From NCBI GenBank assembly GCA_019057865.1, contig JAHLWP010000032.1:1-52398 (forward strand): 52,398 nucleotides of DNA, in the 5' to 3' direction. The stretch comes from Promethearchaeota archaeon (GTDB lineage: Archaea > Asgardarchaeota > Lokiarchaeia > Sigyniarchaeales > SOKP01). Below, in pieces: positions 18,409-28,217 of the stretch (within the stretch, counting starts at the first letter, position 1; each line of letters begins with the position of its first letter). A model generated the notes under the pieces. It was given only the letters and a program-made list of their open reading frames with translations, was not told the DNA's origin and did no database searches. A program made the translations under genes and the position numbers.

Positions 18409-19206
18409 ATGCTTTTAGAAGTAAAGAATCTAACAATACCAACATTAGACCAAAAATGTGTAATTGTTAATAAAGTATCATTTGGGGTTAAAGAAGGTTC
18501 AATTCACGCTATAATTGGACCAAATGGCTCTGGTAAATCAACATTAGCATACACTATTATGGGGCTCGATAATTATAAACCTTCTGAAGGGAAAATTTAT
18601 TTTGATGGCATAGACATAACAGTTATGAATATAACTGAACGAGCAAATTTAGGTATAACTTTAGCATGGCAAGAACCTGCAAGAATTGATGGATTATCCG
18701 TTTCTAAATATATATCACTTGGTATGAAAGACAAGACAAATATGAAAGAAAAAATAATTGAATCCTTAAAAATTGTAAATTTAGAACCAGAGAGATATAT
18801 GAATCGCATTATAGATGAGTCTTTAAGTGGAGGAGAGCGAAAAAGAGTTGAATTAGCTGCTGCTGTTGCTATGAAACCAAGGTTAATTATCCTTGATGAA
18901 CCTGATAGCGGTTTAGATATGATTGTAATTGAGGATTTCATGAATATATTTAATAAAATAAGGGATTTAGAAATGACCATTCTTCTAATAACTCATAGAG
19001 AAGATATTGGCATGATAGCTCAATATGGAACCTTATTATGGGGAGGAGATGCATTAATAACTGATGAATTTCCAAGAGTTATGTTAAGGTATTGCGCTAA
19101 GGCAGGATTAAAAGAATTTTGTAAACGTACACTATTCAAAAATGGGGGATTTTGTATTGATGAGGATTATATTGACAGAATCTTTAGGGAGGAAGGACAA
19201 TCATGA
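18409..19206 (+). CDS. sufC: Fe-S cluster assembly ABC ATPase SufC/SmsC
   Basis: GPNGSGKS, LAWQEP, LSGGERKR, ILDEPDSGLD, C-terminal Cys residues; overlaps next gene (ATGA). Confidence 0.85.
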   Translation: MLLEVKNLTIPTLDQKCVIVNKVSFGVKEGSIHAIIGPNGSGKSTLAYTIMGLDNYKPSEGKIYFDGIDITVMNITERANLGITLAWQEPARIDGLSVSKYISLGMKDKTNMKEKIIESLKIVNLEPERYMNRIIDESLSGGERKRVELAAAVAMKPRLIILDEPDSGLDMIVIEDFMNIFNKIRDLEMTILLITHREDIGMIAQYGTLLWGGDALITDEFPRVMLRYCAKAGLKEFCKRTLFKNGGFCIDEDYIDRIFREEGQS

Positions 19207-20168
19207 ACAATGTTGAGTATCCGAGAGAGATTTTAGAAAGTCTTGAGGATTATAATATTGATATCAGAGATTTTTTGCCAGGACACGGAAAAGGTGCTAA
19301 ACTTCTCTTAGATTTTAATAAAATTAGAGGAGTGGAGGATGCAGAAGGCGTAATTCTGAAATGTAGAGAGATTGAAAATGGAATTGTAGCAGATATTATA
19401 ATTAAAGAAGGAACTAAGATAGAAGAACCAGTTCATTTATGCTTCGGAGTAAATAAAGAAACAGGAATTCAAGAAATATTCCCACGAATCATTGCTGAAG
19501 ATAATACAGACGTTACTGTACAAGCCCATTGTAGTTTTCCTAAGGCGAATGGTCTAATACATAAAATGTTTGGTCATTTTTACATTGGAAAAAATTGTAA
19601 CTTCACATATAGCGAAACTCATTATCATGGTGAGAATTCTGGTGCATTAGTTGCGCCAGTTGCCTATATGTATGTTGGTGAAAATAGTGTATTTGAAAAT
19701 AATTTTTATCTTACAAGAGGAACTCCTGGTAAAGTAAAACTCATGATTGATATATATGCTATGAAAAATAGTGTCATTAAATCTAACATAAAAGCTTTTG
19801 GAAAATGTAAAAATGATTCAGTTAGAATAAGAGATTCCGTATTTCTTGAAGGTGAAAATGCAAGAAGTGTTATTAAAATGAAAGCAGCTGCCAAAGATGG
19901 CGGTGAAGTTCTAATGTATGGTATTACTGAAGGAAATGCACCCCGATGTAATGGTCATGTTGAATGTAGTGAAATTGTATTAGGGAAAGGATCTATTTGT
20001 AGAGCGCGTCCATTTATTAGAGCCATAGATCCCACCTCCAGTGTTTCGCATGAGGCATCTTTAGGAAGGTTTCCACAGAAATGGCTTGATGAACTTCAAG
20101 CAAAAGGCTTAACTGAAGAAGAAGCTACTCAAATTCTTATTGAAGCAATGCTTCAAGAGGAGAGATGA
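19203..20168 (+). CDS. sufB: Fe-S cluster assembly scaffold SufB/D (SmsB)
   Basis: PVHLCFG, AHCSFP, YSETHYHG, GHVECSEIV, VSHEASLG, GLTEEEA. Confidence 0.85.
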   Translation: MNNVEYPREILESLEDYNIDIRDFLPGHGKGAKLLLDFNKIRGVEDAEGVILKCREIENGIVADIIIKEGTKIEEPVHLCFGVNKETGIQEIFPRIIAEDNTDVTVQAHCSFPKANGLIHKMFGHFYIGKNCNFTYSETHYHGENSGALVAPVAYMYVGENSVFENNFYLTRGTPGKVKLMIDIYAMKNSVIKSNIKAFGKCKNDSVRIRDSVFLEGENARSVIKMKAAAKDGGEVLMYGITEGNAPRCNGHVECSEIVLGKGSICRARPFIRAIDPTSSVSHEASLGRFPQKWLDELQAKGLTEEEATQILIEAMLQEER

Positions 20169-20216
20169 AAAATCTTATCAGAACATGATAATAATATAAA
20201 AAATCAAATTAAACAT

Positions 20217-20762
20217 ATGACTAATAAAAAGGTGAATAAATATATGGGAGAAGATAAAATAAATATAGGAGATAAAGCACCCCTATTTAAATTGGATTCA
20301 TATAATGCTGAGCTAATTGATCTAGCAGAATTGTTGGGAAGTCAAAGGATTGTTATAATTTTTTCACGATATTTTGGTTGCCCTCTTTGCCAATTAGATT
20401 TAAAAGAATTAACGGAGCGCCATTCTGAGATTGAAGAAAAAGGAGCTAAAATATTATATATAACTCAATCTGGTGAAAAAGTAGCAAATGAGTTCATAGA
20501 AAAGGAAAGCATTAAATTTCCAGTTATTCCTAGTTCAAAAGATGAGTTATATTCTGAATATGGTTTGGGTGTGATGGATTCTGAAGCTATAAAGCAAGTG
20601 AAGGTGAGATTTAAAGAGTCTATAAAAGCAGGAATTAAACACGGTGAATATGAAGGATGGGAAAAACAAGGACCTGGCCAATTCATAATAAACCATGAAG
20701 GTAAGATTATTCATGCTAAAAAAGGGTGGCTTGATATCGATAGTTTACTTGCAGATTTATAG
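20217..20762 (+). CDS. AhpC/TSA peroxiredoxin-like redoxin
   Basis: IGDKAPLF, FSRYFGCPLC, QGPGQFII; the start may be the second Met (MGEDK). Confidence 0.8.
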   Translation: MTNKKVNKYMGEDKINIGDKAPLFKLDSYNAELIDLAELLGSQRIVIIFSRYFGCPLCQLDLKELTERHSEIEEKGAKILYITQSGEKVANEFIEKESIKFPVIPSSKDELYSEYGLGVMDSEAIKQVKVRFKESIKAGIKHGEYEGWEKQGPGQFIINHEGKIIHAKKGWLDIDSLLADL

Positions 20763-20808
20763 TCTTGAATGATTAAAAAATAAGATTAAACTTCAAAATT
20801 GAAAAAAA

Positions 20809-21453
20809 ATGAAAGAAAATACCAAATACCATAATTATCGCTTTATAGGAAAAATAAATGTTGATGAAATTCAACCTTGGTTTGATTTCACTACAACAAA
20901 ACCATGGGATGATCCAGAAATTCCCTGGATTTTGGATAATAAAGTAAGACGTGAAATCTTAATCAAATTAGCAGAGGGTCCAAAGAGCTTCCAAGAACTC
21001 TATGAAAATATTAATTTTAGTCCTAAACCTTTATTAATTTCAAAAGAGGAATATGATTGTAAGGTATCTTACCAATGGACTAAAGAAACAATTAAAAATC
21101 ATTTAATGACTCTAGAGTGGTATAAATTAATCAATTCAAAAGAAAATCAATATGAATTGGCAATTCCAATTTTTTCAATGGAAAAATCAGCGAAAATAGA
21201 AAAATATATTATAGAATTTGCAGAACATTGGATAAACATTGTAAAACTCTTAAAAAGTGAGATAAGTGATAATTTAGGAGAGATTGAAAATAAAGCACCA
21301 TTATATGAAATATTAATTGAGAAGGCTGTTGAAAAATTATATGATCTTCTTAAGAAGGAAAATTTACTTCCTGATGAACCAAATGTTAAGGCTTTATGGG
21401 CAGAACAACTTAGAAAAGTTAAATTTGAGGAATGGATTGAAAAGAATTTTTAA
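20809..21453 (+). CDS. Hypothetical protein with ArsR-like winged helix
   Basis: NKVRREILIKLAEGPKSFQEL ... TIKNHLMTLEWYKLI. Confidence 0.65.
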   Translation: MKENTKYHNYRFIGKINVDEIQPWFDFTTTKPWDDPEIPWILDNKVRREILIKLAEGPKSFQELYENINFSPKPLLISKEEYDCKVSYQWTKETIKNHLMTLEWYKLINSKENQYELAIPIFSMEKSAKIEKYIIEFAEHWINIVKLLKSEISDNLGEIENKAPLYEILIEKAVEKLYDLLKKENLLPDEPNVKALWAEQLRKVKFEEWIEKNF

Positions 21454-21836
21454 GGAGAAAATCTAATCCAATATTAATTTATTTTTTAGCACTTTTACAG
21501 TTGCTTTAATGTTTCTAATTATTGAAGTTCCAAAAATAATTCATGAAGAGCTATTAAATATCTTTCCTAACATTCATCCAGTATTTTAATATGGACATGA
21601 ATATGAAACTTTCGTAATATTAACTTTTTCTTAGCAATTTTATATACAGATTTTATCATTTCATTTTTTATTTTATAATTATAGACTTCTCAAAATTAAT
21701 TGATAATACCTATATATTACTTAGTTTCAAAAGAAAAAGTTATATGTTTATCTTATATATGTGGATATTTTGCTGCTATCATAACGATATTCATAAAATA
21801 ATAAACGCCCATTAAAATATAATAAGAATCTAAAAA

Positions 21837-22115
21837 ATGATGAGTTCAAATATAGGTGAATCGGAACCCGTCCTCAAGATTAACGATTTGTTCTATGAAG
21901 TTGAAATCGACAATAAAAAAAATGAAATCCTTGAGCAAAATTCCGATAATCCTATGAATGATAATTTAGCGATTCTTGAAGAAATCGGTGAGATTTTACA
22001 AAATTGTACTACGCTGACTGAAAATCAAAAATTAGATTATTGCAAAAGTCAGCGATACTTCATGAAATTATACTTAAAAGAAGTTAATAGGGATTTAACA
22101 AGGAAAACAGTATAA
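21837..22115 (+). CDS. Hypothetical protein
   Basis: 92-aa ORF. Confidence 0.55.
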   Translation: MMSSNIGESEPVLKINDLFYEVEIDNKKNEILEQNSDNPMNDNLAILEEIGEILQNCTTLTENQKLDYCKSQRYFMKLYLKEVNRDLTRKTV

Positions 22116-22362
22116 ATCTAAAAATTAGTGTAAATTATAATCAATTTAGAGTTATTCAAATTAGTTTGATATTTGATCTTAACTAATTTTTGTTTTACTC
22201 ATATTTCTCTTATTTTAATTGCCTTAAAAGAGAAATAATGATCGAATACAATTTTGTTATTCATCAATATGTTTAAAAAAAATTAAAAATTAATAAACAA
22301 AGTTGTGAAATAATAATAATACAAATACAACTTATTAACAAAATAAAAAATTGTTGTTTTAA

Positions 22363-24072
22363 ATGAATAAAGAAAAATTTTGGCTTAAATCTTATGACAA
22401 ACATGTGACCCCAACTTTAACATATCCAACAGAGGATCTTGGAACTATTTTAACCAATGCTATGGAGAAATTTGCAGAAATTATAGGTTTACATTTTATG
22501 GATCGTTCCTTTCTTTTCAAAGAAGTGTTAGAATATTCTCGGAAATTTGCTACTTTCCTACAGAAAAATGGTATGGAGAAAGGTGATGTTGTAGCAATAT
22601 GCCTTGCAAATTCTCCGCAATACTTATTTGCTGCTTTTGGAACATATATAGCTGGTGGTACGGTTACAGGATGTTCACCATTATTGAGCCCTGATGAACT
22701 TGAATATCAAATGAAGGATTCTGGTGCAAAGTTTTTAGTTACCTTGGATATCCTTTATGAAAAAGTCTTTTCAAAGATACTTGATAATTTACCTAATGTA
22801 CAGGTAATAGTTCCGACAAACATTTCAGAATTTATGGGTTTTGGTGGCTTTAAAGTATTTATGGGTAAAATGTTAAAAAAAATCCCTAAGGGAAAGATGG
22901 ACCCTTGGCCAGGAAAAACTGTTGTTCCATTTCTAGAAGCAATTGATATCGAAATCGATTTAAAGAAAGTAAGTATAGATCCGAAAAAAGACTTGGCAAT
23001 GATACAATATACAGGAGGTACTACAGGGCGTCCGAAAGGAACAGAAGTCACACAATTCAATATGATAGCTAATATAACACAATTCGATGTTTGGGTTGAT
23101 AGAGAAAAAGGAAAAGTAACCGTTCTCTCAGCATTTCCCTTCTTTCATATCGCGGGGTATTTCATTGGGCTTTTATTACCATCTATAGGTGGTGCTCAAA
23201 TATTAATAGCAAATCCAAGAGATACTGATCATATAATTGATGAACTTATTGATAAAAAACCAAATGCTTTTGGTAATGTACCCACACTCTTTTTAATGGT
23301 TCAAAGTAACCCAAGATCGAAAAAAATTCCATCAGAAGTCTTAGATAATATAGAAATATATGTAAGTGGAGCTGCCCCTTTTCCTCCTGAAGCCATTAGG
23401 GAATTTGAGAAACAATTTCATACTGAGAATAAATTCGTTGAAGTTTATGGAATGACTGAAACTTCACCTCTAGCAACTTCTAATCCAATGTATGGTGAGA
23501 AAAAAATTGGAACTGTAGGACTTCCTTTACCAGATACTGACATTAAACTTATAGATACAGAATCTGGGAAAGAAATAAAGGAAATAGGAAAACCAGGTGA
23601 AATTTTGATAAAAGGACCTCAAGTAGTCAAACAATATCATAATAAACCTGAAGCTACAGCTGTTACATTTGATAAAGATGGATATGTTCACACGGGTGAT
23701 GTTGGTGTTTTTGATGATGATGGTTATCTAAAGATTGTAGATCGCACAAAAGATATGCTTATAGTAAGTGGATTCAAAGTATATAGTGTACATGTTGAAG
23801 AAGTTATGACAAAACACCCTGACGTAAGTATAATCGCTATAATTGGAATTCCTAATCCAGATCGACCGGGTGCAGAAATTGTTAAAGCAGTTATCCAATT
23901 AAAGGAGGATGTTTCCGCTACTGAAGATGTAAAAGAAAGCATTCAGAAATATGCTGAAGAAAACTTATCTAAATATGAAGTTCCGAAACTTTGGGAATTC
24001 CGTGAAGAACTTCCACTAACAATGGTAGGTAAAGTATTGAAAAAAGCACTTCGAGAAGAGGAAAACAAATAA
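22363..24072 (+). CDS. Long-chain-fatty-acid--CoA ligase (AMP-binding)
   Basis: YTGGTTGRPKG, YGMTE, HTGD, DRTKDM, GKVLK. Confidence 0.92.
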   Translation: MNKEKFWLKSYDKHVTPTLTYPTEDLGTILTNAMEKFAEIIGLHFMDRSFLFKEVLEYSRKFATFLQKNGMEKGDVVAICLANSPQYLFAAFGTYIAGGTVTGCSPLLSPDELEYQMKDSGAKFLVTLDILYEKVFSKILDNLPNVQVIVPTNISEFMGFGGFKVFMGKMLKKIPKGKMDPWPGKTVVPFLEAIDIEIDLKKVSIDPKKDLAMIQYTGGTTGRPKGTEVTQFNMIANITQFDVWVDREKGKVTVLSAFPFFHIAGYFIGLLLPSIGGAQILIANPRDTDHIIDELIDKKPNAFGNVPTLFLMVQSNPRSKKIPSEVLDNIEIYVSGAAPFPPEAIREFEKQFHTENKFVEVYGMTETSPLATSNPMYGEKKIGTVGLPLPDTDIKLIDTESGKEIKEIGKPGEILIKGPQVVKQYHNKPEATAVTFDKDGYVHTGDVGVFDDDGYLKIVDRTKDMLIVSGFKVYSVHVEEVMTKHPDVSIIAIIGIPNPDRPGAEIVKAVIQLKEDVSATEDVKESIQKYAEENLSKYEVPKLWEFREELPLTMVGKVLKKALREEENK

Positions 24073-24157
24073 TATTTATATCCTGAAAATTTTTTTTTCT
24101 AACTTTTTTTAAAAATTAATGAATGGGTTATCTATATTCTAATCAATAATTTTTAGT

Positions 24158-25852
24158 TTAACAGTAGTATTTCTTAACTTCTTTTATTACTAAATTGATC
24201 AAATCTTTAACATCCCTTATTCCATAAAAAGTAACTTTATCAAGCAAATCTTTAAACTTATCTTTCGGGATTTTTGTAGATCCAATAAAAAATCCAACAA
24301 TTTTGTGATTTTCGGCTAAATTCATCATAGTTTTTTTAGCTCTACTCCAATTATATATTCCAAAATCTGTTATCAAAAATATTAAAGCTTTTTTCTCTGC
24401 TTTTTCACATTGATTCGCTATTTCTTTGAGTGGTAAAACGGTCCCTCCTCCTTGATATCTTAAAAGTGTGTTCTCTGCTTTTTGGTAGTTAGTAGTCCAA
24501 TTACAAATATCTGCTCTATTTGAAAAGTTAATCACACTTAATTTTACTCCCTTTTTTGCAGCATAATGGAGCGATGCGAACGAAGCAACTAATGCTGTAT
24601 GATAAGGACCTTTACCTCGATTTGTGCGTGAGGTGTAATTCCAACCCATAGAACCAGAAGAATCTAATACAATTAAAAGATCTGGGGTTTGTTTTTCTAC
24701 AAGATGCCCTGGTCCTTCTCTAAATGCCCATTTTCTTGTAGTAACATTTGGTATTATTACAGGACTTGTTAATAGAGTTTGTACAATATCTAATTCTTCC
24801 ATTCTGTCGCCTAAACGCCATACTTCTGGATAAATGGGCAATTGCCCTCCAGGTTTTTCTTCATATATTTTAATTTCAATTAAGTTTTTAGCTAATCCTC
24901 GATACCATGTAGCTAATGGACTGCCATCAACCAAGATACCTGCTTGTCTCGCCGGACCTCCAAATTCAGAATAAGGTATATCTTTCGCAAATTCCTCTGC
25001 TTTTTGTCTTAACTCATCTTCATTATCTTCTTTTAATTTATCTGAATTCTTATTTTCCAAAGGATTATCCATTACTTCAAAAACATCCTTAGGTATTTCA
25101 ATAAATGCACCACCTGGACTTTTTCTTTTTTCTTTCCCTTTACTCAAGATCCCACCTGTTCCAATTAAGGTAAATGTATCTTGAATCAAACTACTTAAAT
25201 ATCTAGCAATTACACTTACCTTTTTCTCCCAAGTTGATTCATCTTCGAGATTTTTTAAAATAACTTTAGTAACTCTTTCTGCTAAGGAATCCATTTCTTT
25301 AAGTGTATCATCATTTAAAATTTCAACATCCCACATTCTTTCATAAGCTCGAAATAAAAATTTTGTGAAGTTACTAATTGATCCCTTGCTTTTAATATGC
25401 ATATAAGTGATTTTTAACTCCCACGTTATAAGACTAGGATATTTTTTGTATAATTTCGTATCAATTATTAAATCTGCAAAAATATTTACAATTATAGGAG
25501 CATAATTCTGATTAACATTTTCCATTGCTGCCCTAAGTAATTTAGCATTAATTAAACCATCATAGGGAATAATCTGATAATGTGAGACCTCATGGAGAGA
25601 AATGATATGAAAATAATCAATGTATTCATTGTCATCTTTTAAAATTGGTGTATTTGCAAGATTCATTGTTATTTGCCATTTATGTTCAGGGTCAATATAA
25701 AAACCCTCTAAATGAGTATAATCAAATAAATAATTTGGTTCATTTAGAGGAGGAGGAAAAAAATATTCAGCAAGAGCTTTATTAAATGCGATTTTAGCTA
25801 GTTTTATGATTCTTTTCTCTTTGTTGTTTAAATCTTCATCTTTGTCTCTCAT
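24158..25852 (-). CDS. VWA-domain protein with N-terminal HExxH metallopeptidase-like motif (MoxR partner)
   Basis: HEVSH...NIFADLIID; MIDAS LDSSGS, GGGT, ITD. Confidence 0.85.
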   Translation of the reverse strand: MRDKDEDLNNKEKRIIKLAKIAFNKALAEYFFPPPLNEPNYLFDYTHLEGFYIDPEHKWQITMNLANTPILKDDNEYIDYFHIISLHEVSHYQIIPYDGLINAKLLRAAMENVNQNYAPIIVNIFADLIIDTKLYKKYPSLITWELKITYMHIKSKGSISNFTKFLFRAYERMWDVEILNDDTLKEMDSLAERVTKVILKNLEDESTWEKKVSVIARYLSSLIQDTFTLIGTGGILSKGKEKRKSPGGAFIEIPKDVFEVMDNPLENKNSDKLKEDNEDELRQKAEEFAKDIPYSEFGGPARQAGILVDGSPLATWYRGLAKNLIEIKIYEEKPGGQLPIYPEVWRLGDRMEELDIVQTLLTSPVIIPNVTTRKWAFREGPGHLVEKQTPDLLIVLDSSGSMGWNYTSRTNRGKGPYHTALVASFASLHYAAKKGVKLSVINFSNRADICNWTTNYQKAENTLLRYQGGGTVLPLKEIANQCEKAEKKALIFLITDFGIYNWSRAKKTMMNLAENHKIVGFFIGSTKIPKDKFKDLLDKVTFYGIRDVKDLINLVIKEVKKYYC

Positions 25853-26003
25853 AATTTTTTATCTGAATTTGTATTAAAAAATTTTTAATTTATTCCTTAT
25901 AGTAATATAAATAATAATGCAATAATAATTTTTAATCATAATAACTCTCAATTCTTCTATATTTTAAAGAGTAAGTATTAAGAAATTTTTTATTAATATA
26001 ATC

Positions 26004-28052
26004 TTAAAGAATTTTGTAGTAATCTCTAATATAATACATTAATTCTATATATTGTTTTCCTTGTTCTGTTAAAAATATTTCAGTTGGATCATGACCATGA
26101 CCTATTCCAATATTAACTTCTATAAAATCTCTAAAAAATGATTTATTGTTTTTAAGATACTGAAATACAGCGTGGCGTTTAATACTTAAATAATCCGCTA
26201 AAGACTTATGTGTTATTTCTTGCCCTTGTTGTGATAATTTATAAATAGCATCTAAATATCTTTCATAGGATTCATTAACTTCTCTGTCTTTTTTTAATGG
26301 GTCTCCAATAGATTCTTTATAACGATAAAGTTTGAATCTTTTTTTAACAAGGTTATAATCATTAGTAATCTCTTTCATGTGAGCTTTATCGTAGATTTCT
26401 TCTAATAATTGTAGGTGAATAGATGAATAGTCCATAACTTTATGACAATTTTTACAAATATAACCTCCATTTTCGAATTCTAATGCCTTAGCAATCTCAG
26501 AACAAGTGTAAGCCTTATAATATAAGTGAGCCGCTGAATGTATATAACTACGTTGACTATCAAGAATATAAGGGTTTTCATGAAAATGATGTTCATCAAT
26601 ATGGTTAAAATCAAATCCAGGTAAATGTTCTTTAATATTAAACTCTCGGCATGTTGGACATTTTTCTTCATAAATTTGCTCAAAATTATATCTTTTTTTT
26701 AAAAATGAGATGATAGAATCTCTAGCAGATCGTTTCTTCTCTTTAGAAGAGTTTTTTGTCTTATGATAATTATTTACCGAAATTCTGATAAGGATATGAA
26801 TTAATTGTGCGGGAAGGGAAAAAATGTCTTTCCAATTGATAAGATGCTTAAAATAATTGTAATATTTACTATGTTTTATTTGATGATGAACTCGGCATAA
26901 AAGTATTACTTTATCGGATTCCATTTTTTTTATCAGTTTTTCCAAAAACTGAGGATCAGATCTGCTTTTTTGATACATTTGAAATATTTTTATTGCTGAA
27001 TATTCACTCTCTTTTTCTTTTGTTTCGTGGTGGTATTCTAAAGATGTCGACCTTACGCTGTCTGTATTTATTGATAGACCCTCTTCATAGCATTTGGGGC
27101 ATCTACCTCTTCCGTCTATGAAATAAAGTCCATCATATATGTGTTCGATCGTGTATAATTTTAACCTATGCCCGACAATACTTACATACTCTTGTTTTTC
27201 ATATCTTTCTGAAAGAGATCTATTGGACATTATCGGTAAGTCGTTGGGGAATTTTATTTTTAAAAAATGATAAATATCAGTAACGGATTTATAAAAATTA
27301 GTGAAAGCATGAAGAAGATCAATATTTCTTTTATACAAATCGTCTACTAAATGTTTAACAAAAAAATGAGCACCAATTTTCTTCGGAATTTTAGAATATG
27401 CAATTATTCCTCTTATCACGTTCACTAGATCGGAGAAATATTTGTTAAACTCATTTTCGTATTGATATGCCATTTTGTTGAGTATAGCAATTCTCTCTTG
27501 AGTCATTCCTTCGGGAAAACTTGTAGTGTTAAACTTTAGAACATTTTTCTTCAATAGTAGAACGAGCTCCAATGCTTTAAATTTTTTTTCTGTATTCCTT
27601 ATTAATTCAAAAAAATACAAAGAAACAATATTTTTAATTGTCTTAAATCCTGAGTCAAAACGAAATTCTATCCTTGAATACAATCGCTCAAAATATTTAT
27701 TATAAAGGCGAGAAATTTCATTGTATGTTTTTTTTGGAGGTAATCCTTTCATTAAACGGAGTTTTCTTTCTAATTTGGATGCAGAAATTTTTGGCATATT
27801 TTTATTTGCAATTATAACCGTATAAACGATAGTAGCAGCAATATTGAAAGGATTTGCATGTCTTTGGATTGTGAATTCATCACGTTCAGCTCGTAAAATA
27901 AATTCATCCAATATCTTTATGGATTTTAGCCATATGAACTCTTTTTGTTTTGAAGTGCATTCAATAAGATTGAGTAAATTTTTTAAATGGTTTATAGTTT
28001 TTTGGCGAAAGTTAGGAACATTAATATTGGATCTATTAGAATTTAGAGTCAT
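26004..28052 (-). CDS. Multidomain protein: TFIIB/cyclin-like repeat, two HNH-like zinc-finger nuclease modules, C-terminal wHTH
   Basis: NPFNIAATIVY; CPKC...LEYHH...LLCRVHHQIKH; CPTC...FDFNH...ICKNCH; ITHKSLADYLSIKRHAVFQYL...LTEQG; ATG 28052 preferred. Confidence 0.65.
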   Translation of the reverse strand: MTLNSNRSNINVPNFRQKTINHLKNLLNLIECTSKQKEFIWLKSIKILDEFILRAERDEFTIQRHANPFNIAATIVYTVIIANKNMPKISASKLERKLRLMKGLPPKKTYNEISRLYNKYFERLYSRIEFRFDSGFKTIKNIVSLYFFELIRNTEKKFKALELVLLLKKNVLKFNTTSFPEGMTQERIAILNKMAYQYENEFNKYFSDLVNVIRGIIAYSKIPKKIGAHFFVKHLVDDLYKRNIDLLHAFTNFYKSVTDIYHFLKIKFPNDLPIMSNRSLSERYEKQEYVSIVGHRLKLYTIEHIYDGLYFIDGRGRCPKCYEEGLSINTDSVRSTSLEYHHETKEKESEYSAIKIFQMYQKSRSDPQFLEKLIKKMESDKVILLCRVHHQIKHSKYYNYFKHLINWKDIFSLPAQLIHILIRISVNNYHKTKNSSKEKKRSARDSIISFLKKRYNFEQIYEEKCPTCREFNIKEHLPGFDFNHIDEHHFHENPYILDSQRSYIHSAAHLYYKAYTCSEIAKALEFENGGYICKNCHKVMDYSSIHLQLLEEIYDKAHMKEITNDYNLVKKRFKLYRYKESIGDPLKKDREVNESYERYLDAIYKLSQQGQEITHKSLADYLSIKRHAVFQYLKNNKSFFRDFIEVNIGIGHGHDPTEIFLTEQGKQYIELMYYIRDYYKIL

Positions 28053-28217
28053 TAAGTTTTTATTCTCTTTTAAATATAAAATTATCAATTAAACTTAAAT
28101 TTTAAAAAAAATATTCAATGAGAGATTAATTTTTAATAGAATAATAAGCTATATTTCACCACTAAATGCTTATCTTATTTATAAAGGAATTGACAAAAAA
28201 AATTACTGAAATTATAT

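Noticed and set aside
18409-20168. Two-gene SufCB as a novel system
   Set aside because: Matches the described minimal SUF (SMS) system common in archaea.
21480-21640. Protein-like fragment FSTFTVALMFLIIEVPKIIHEELLNIFPNIHP with internal stop
   Set aside because: Possibly a gene remnant, but it has no clear start or recognisable family.
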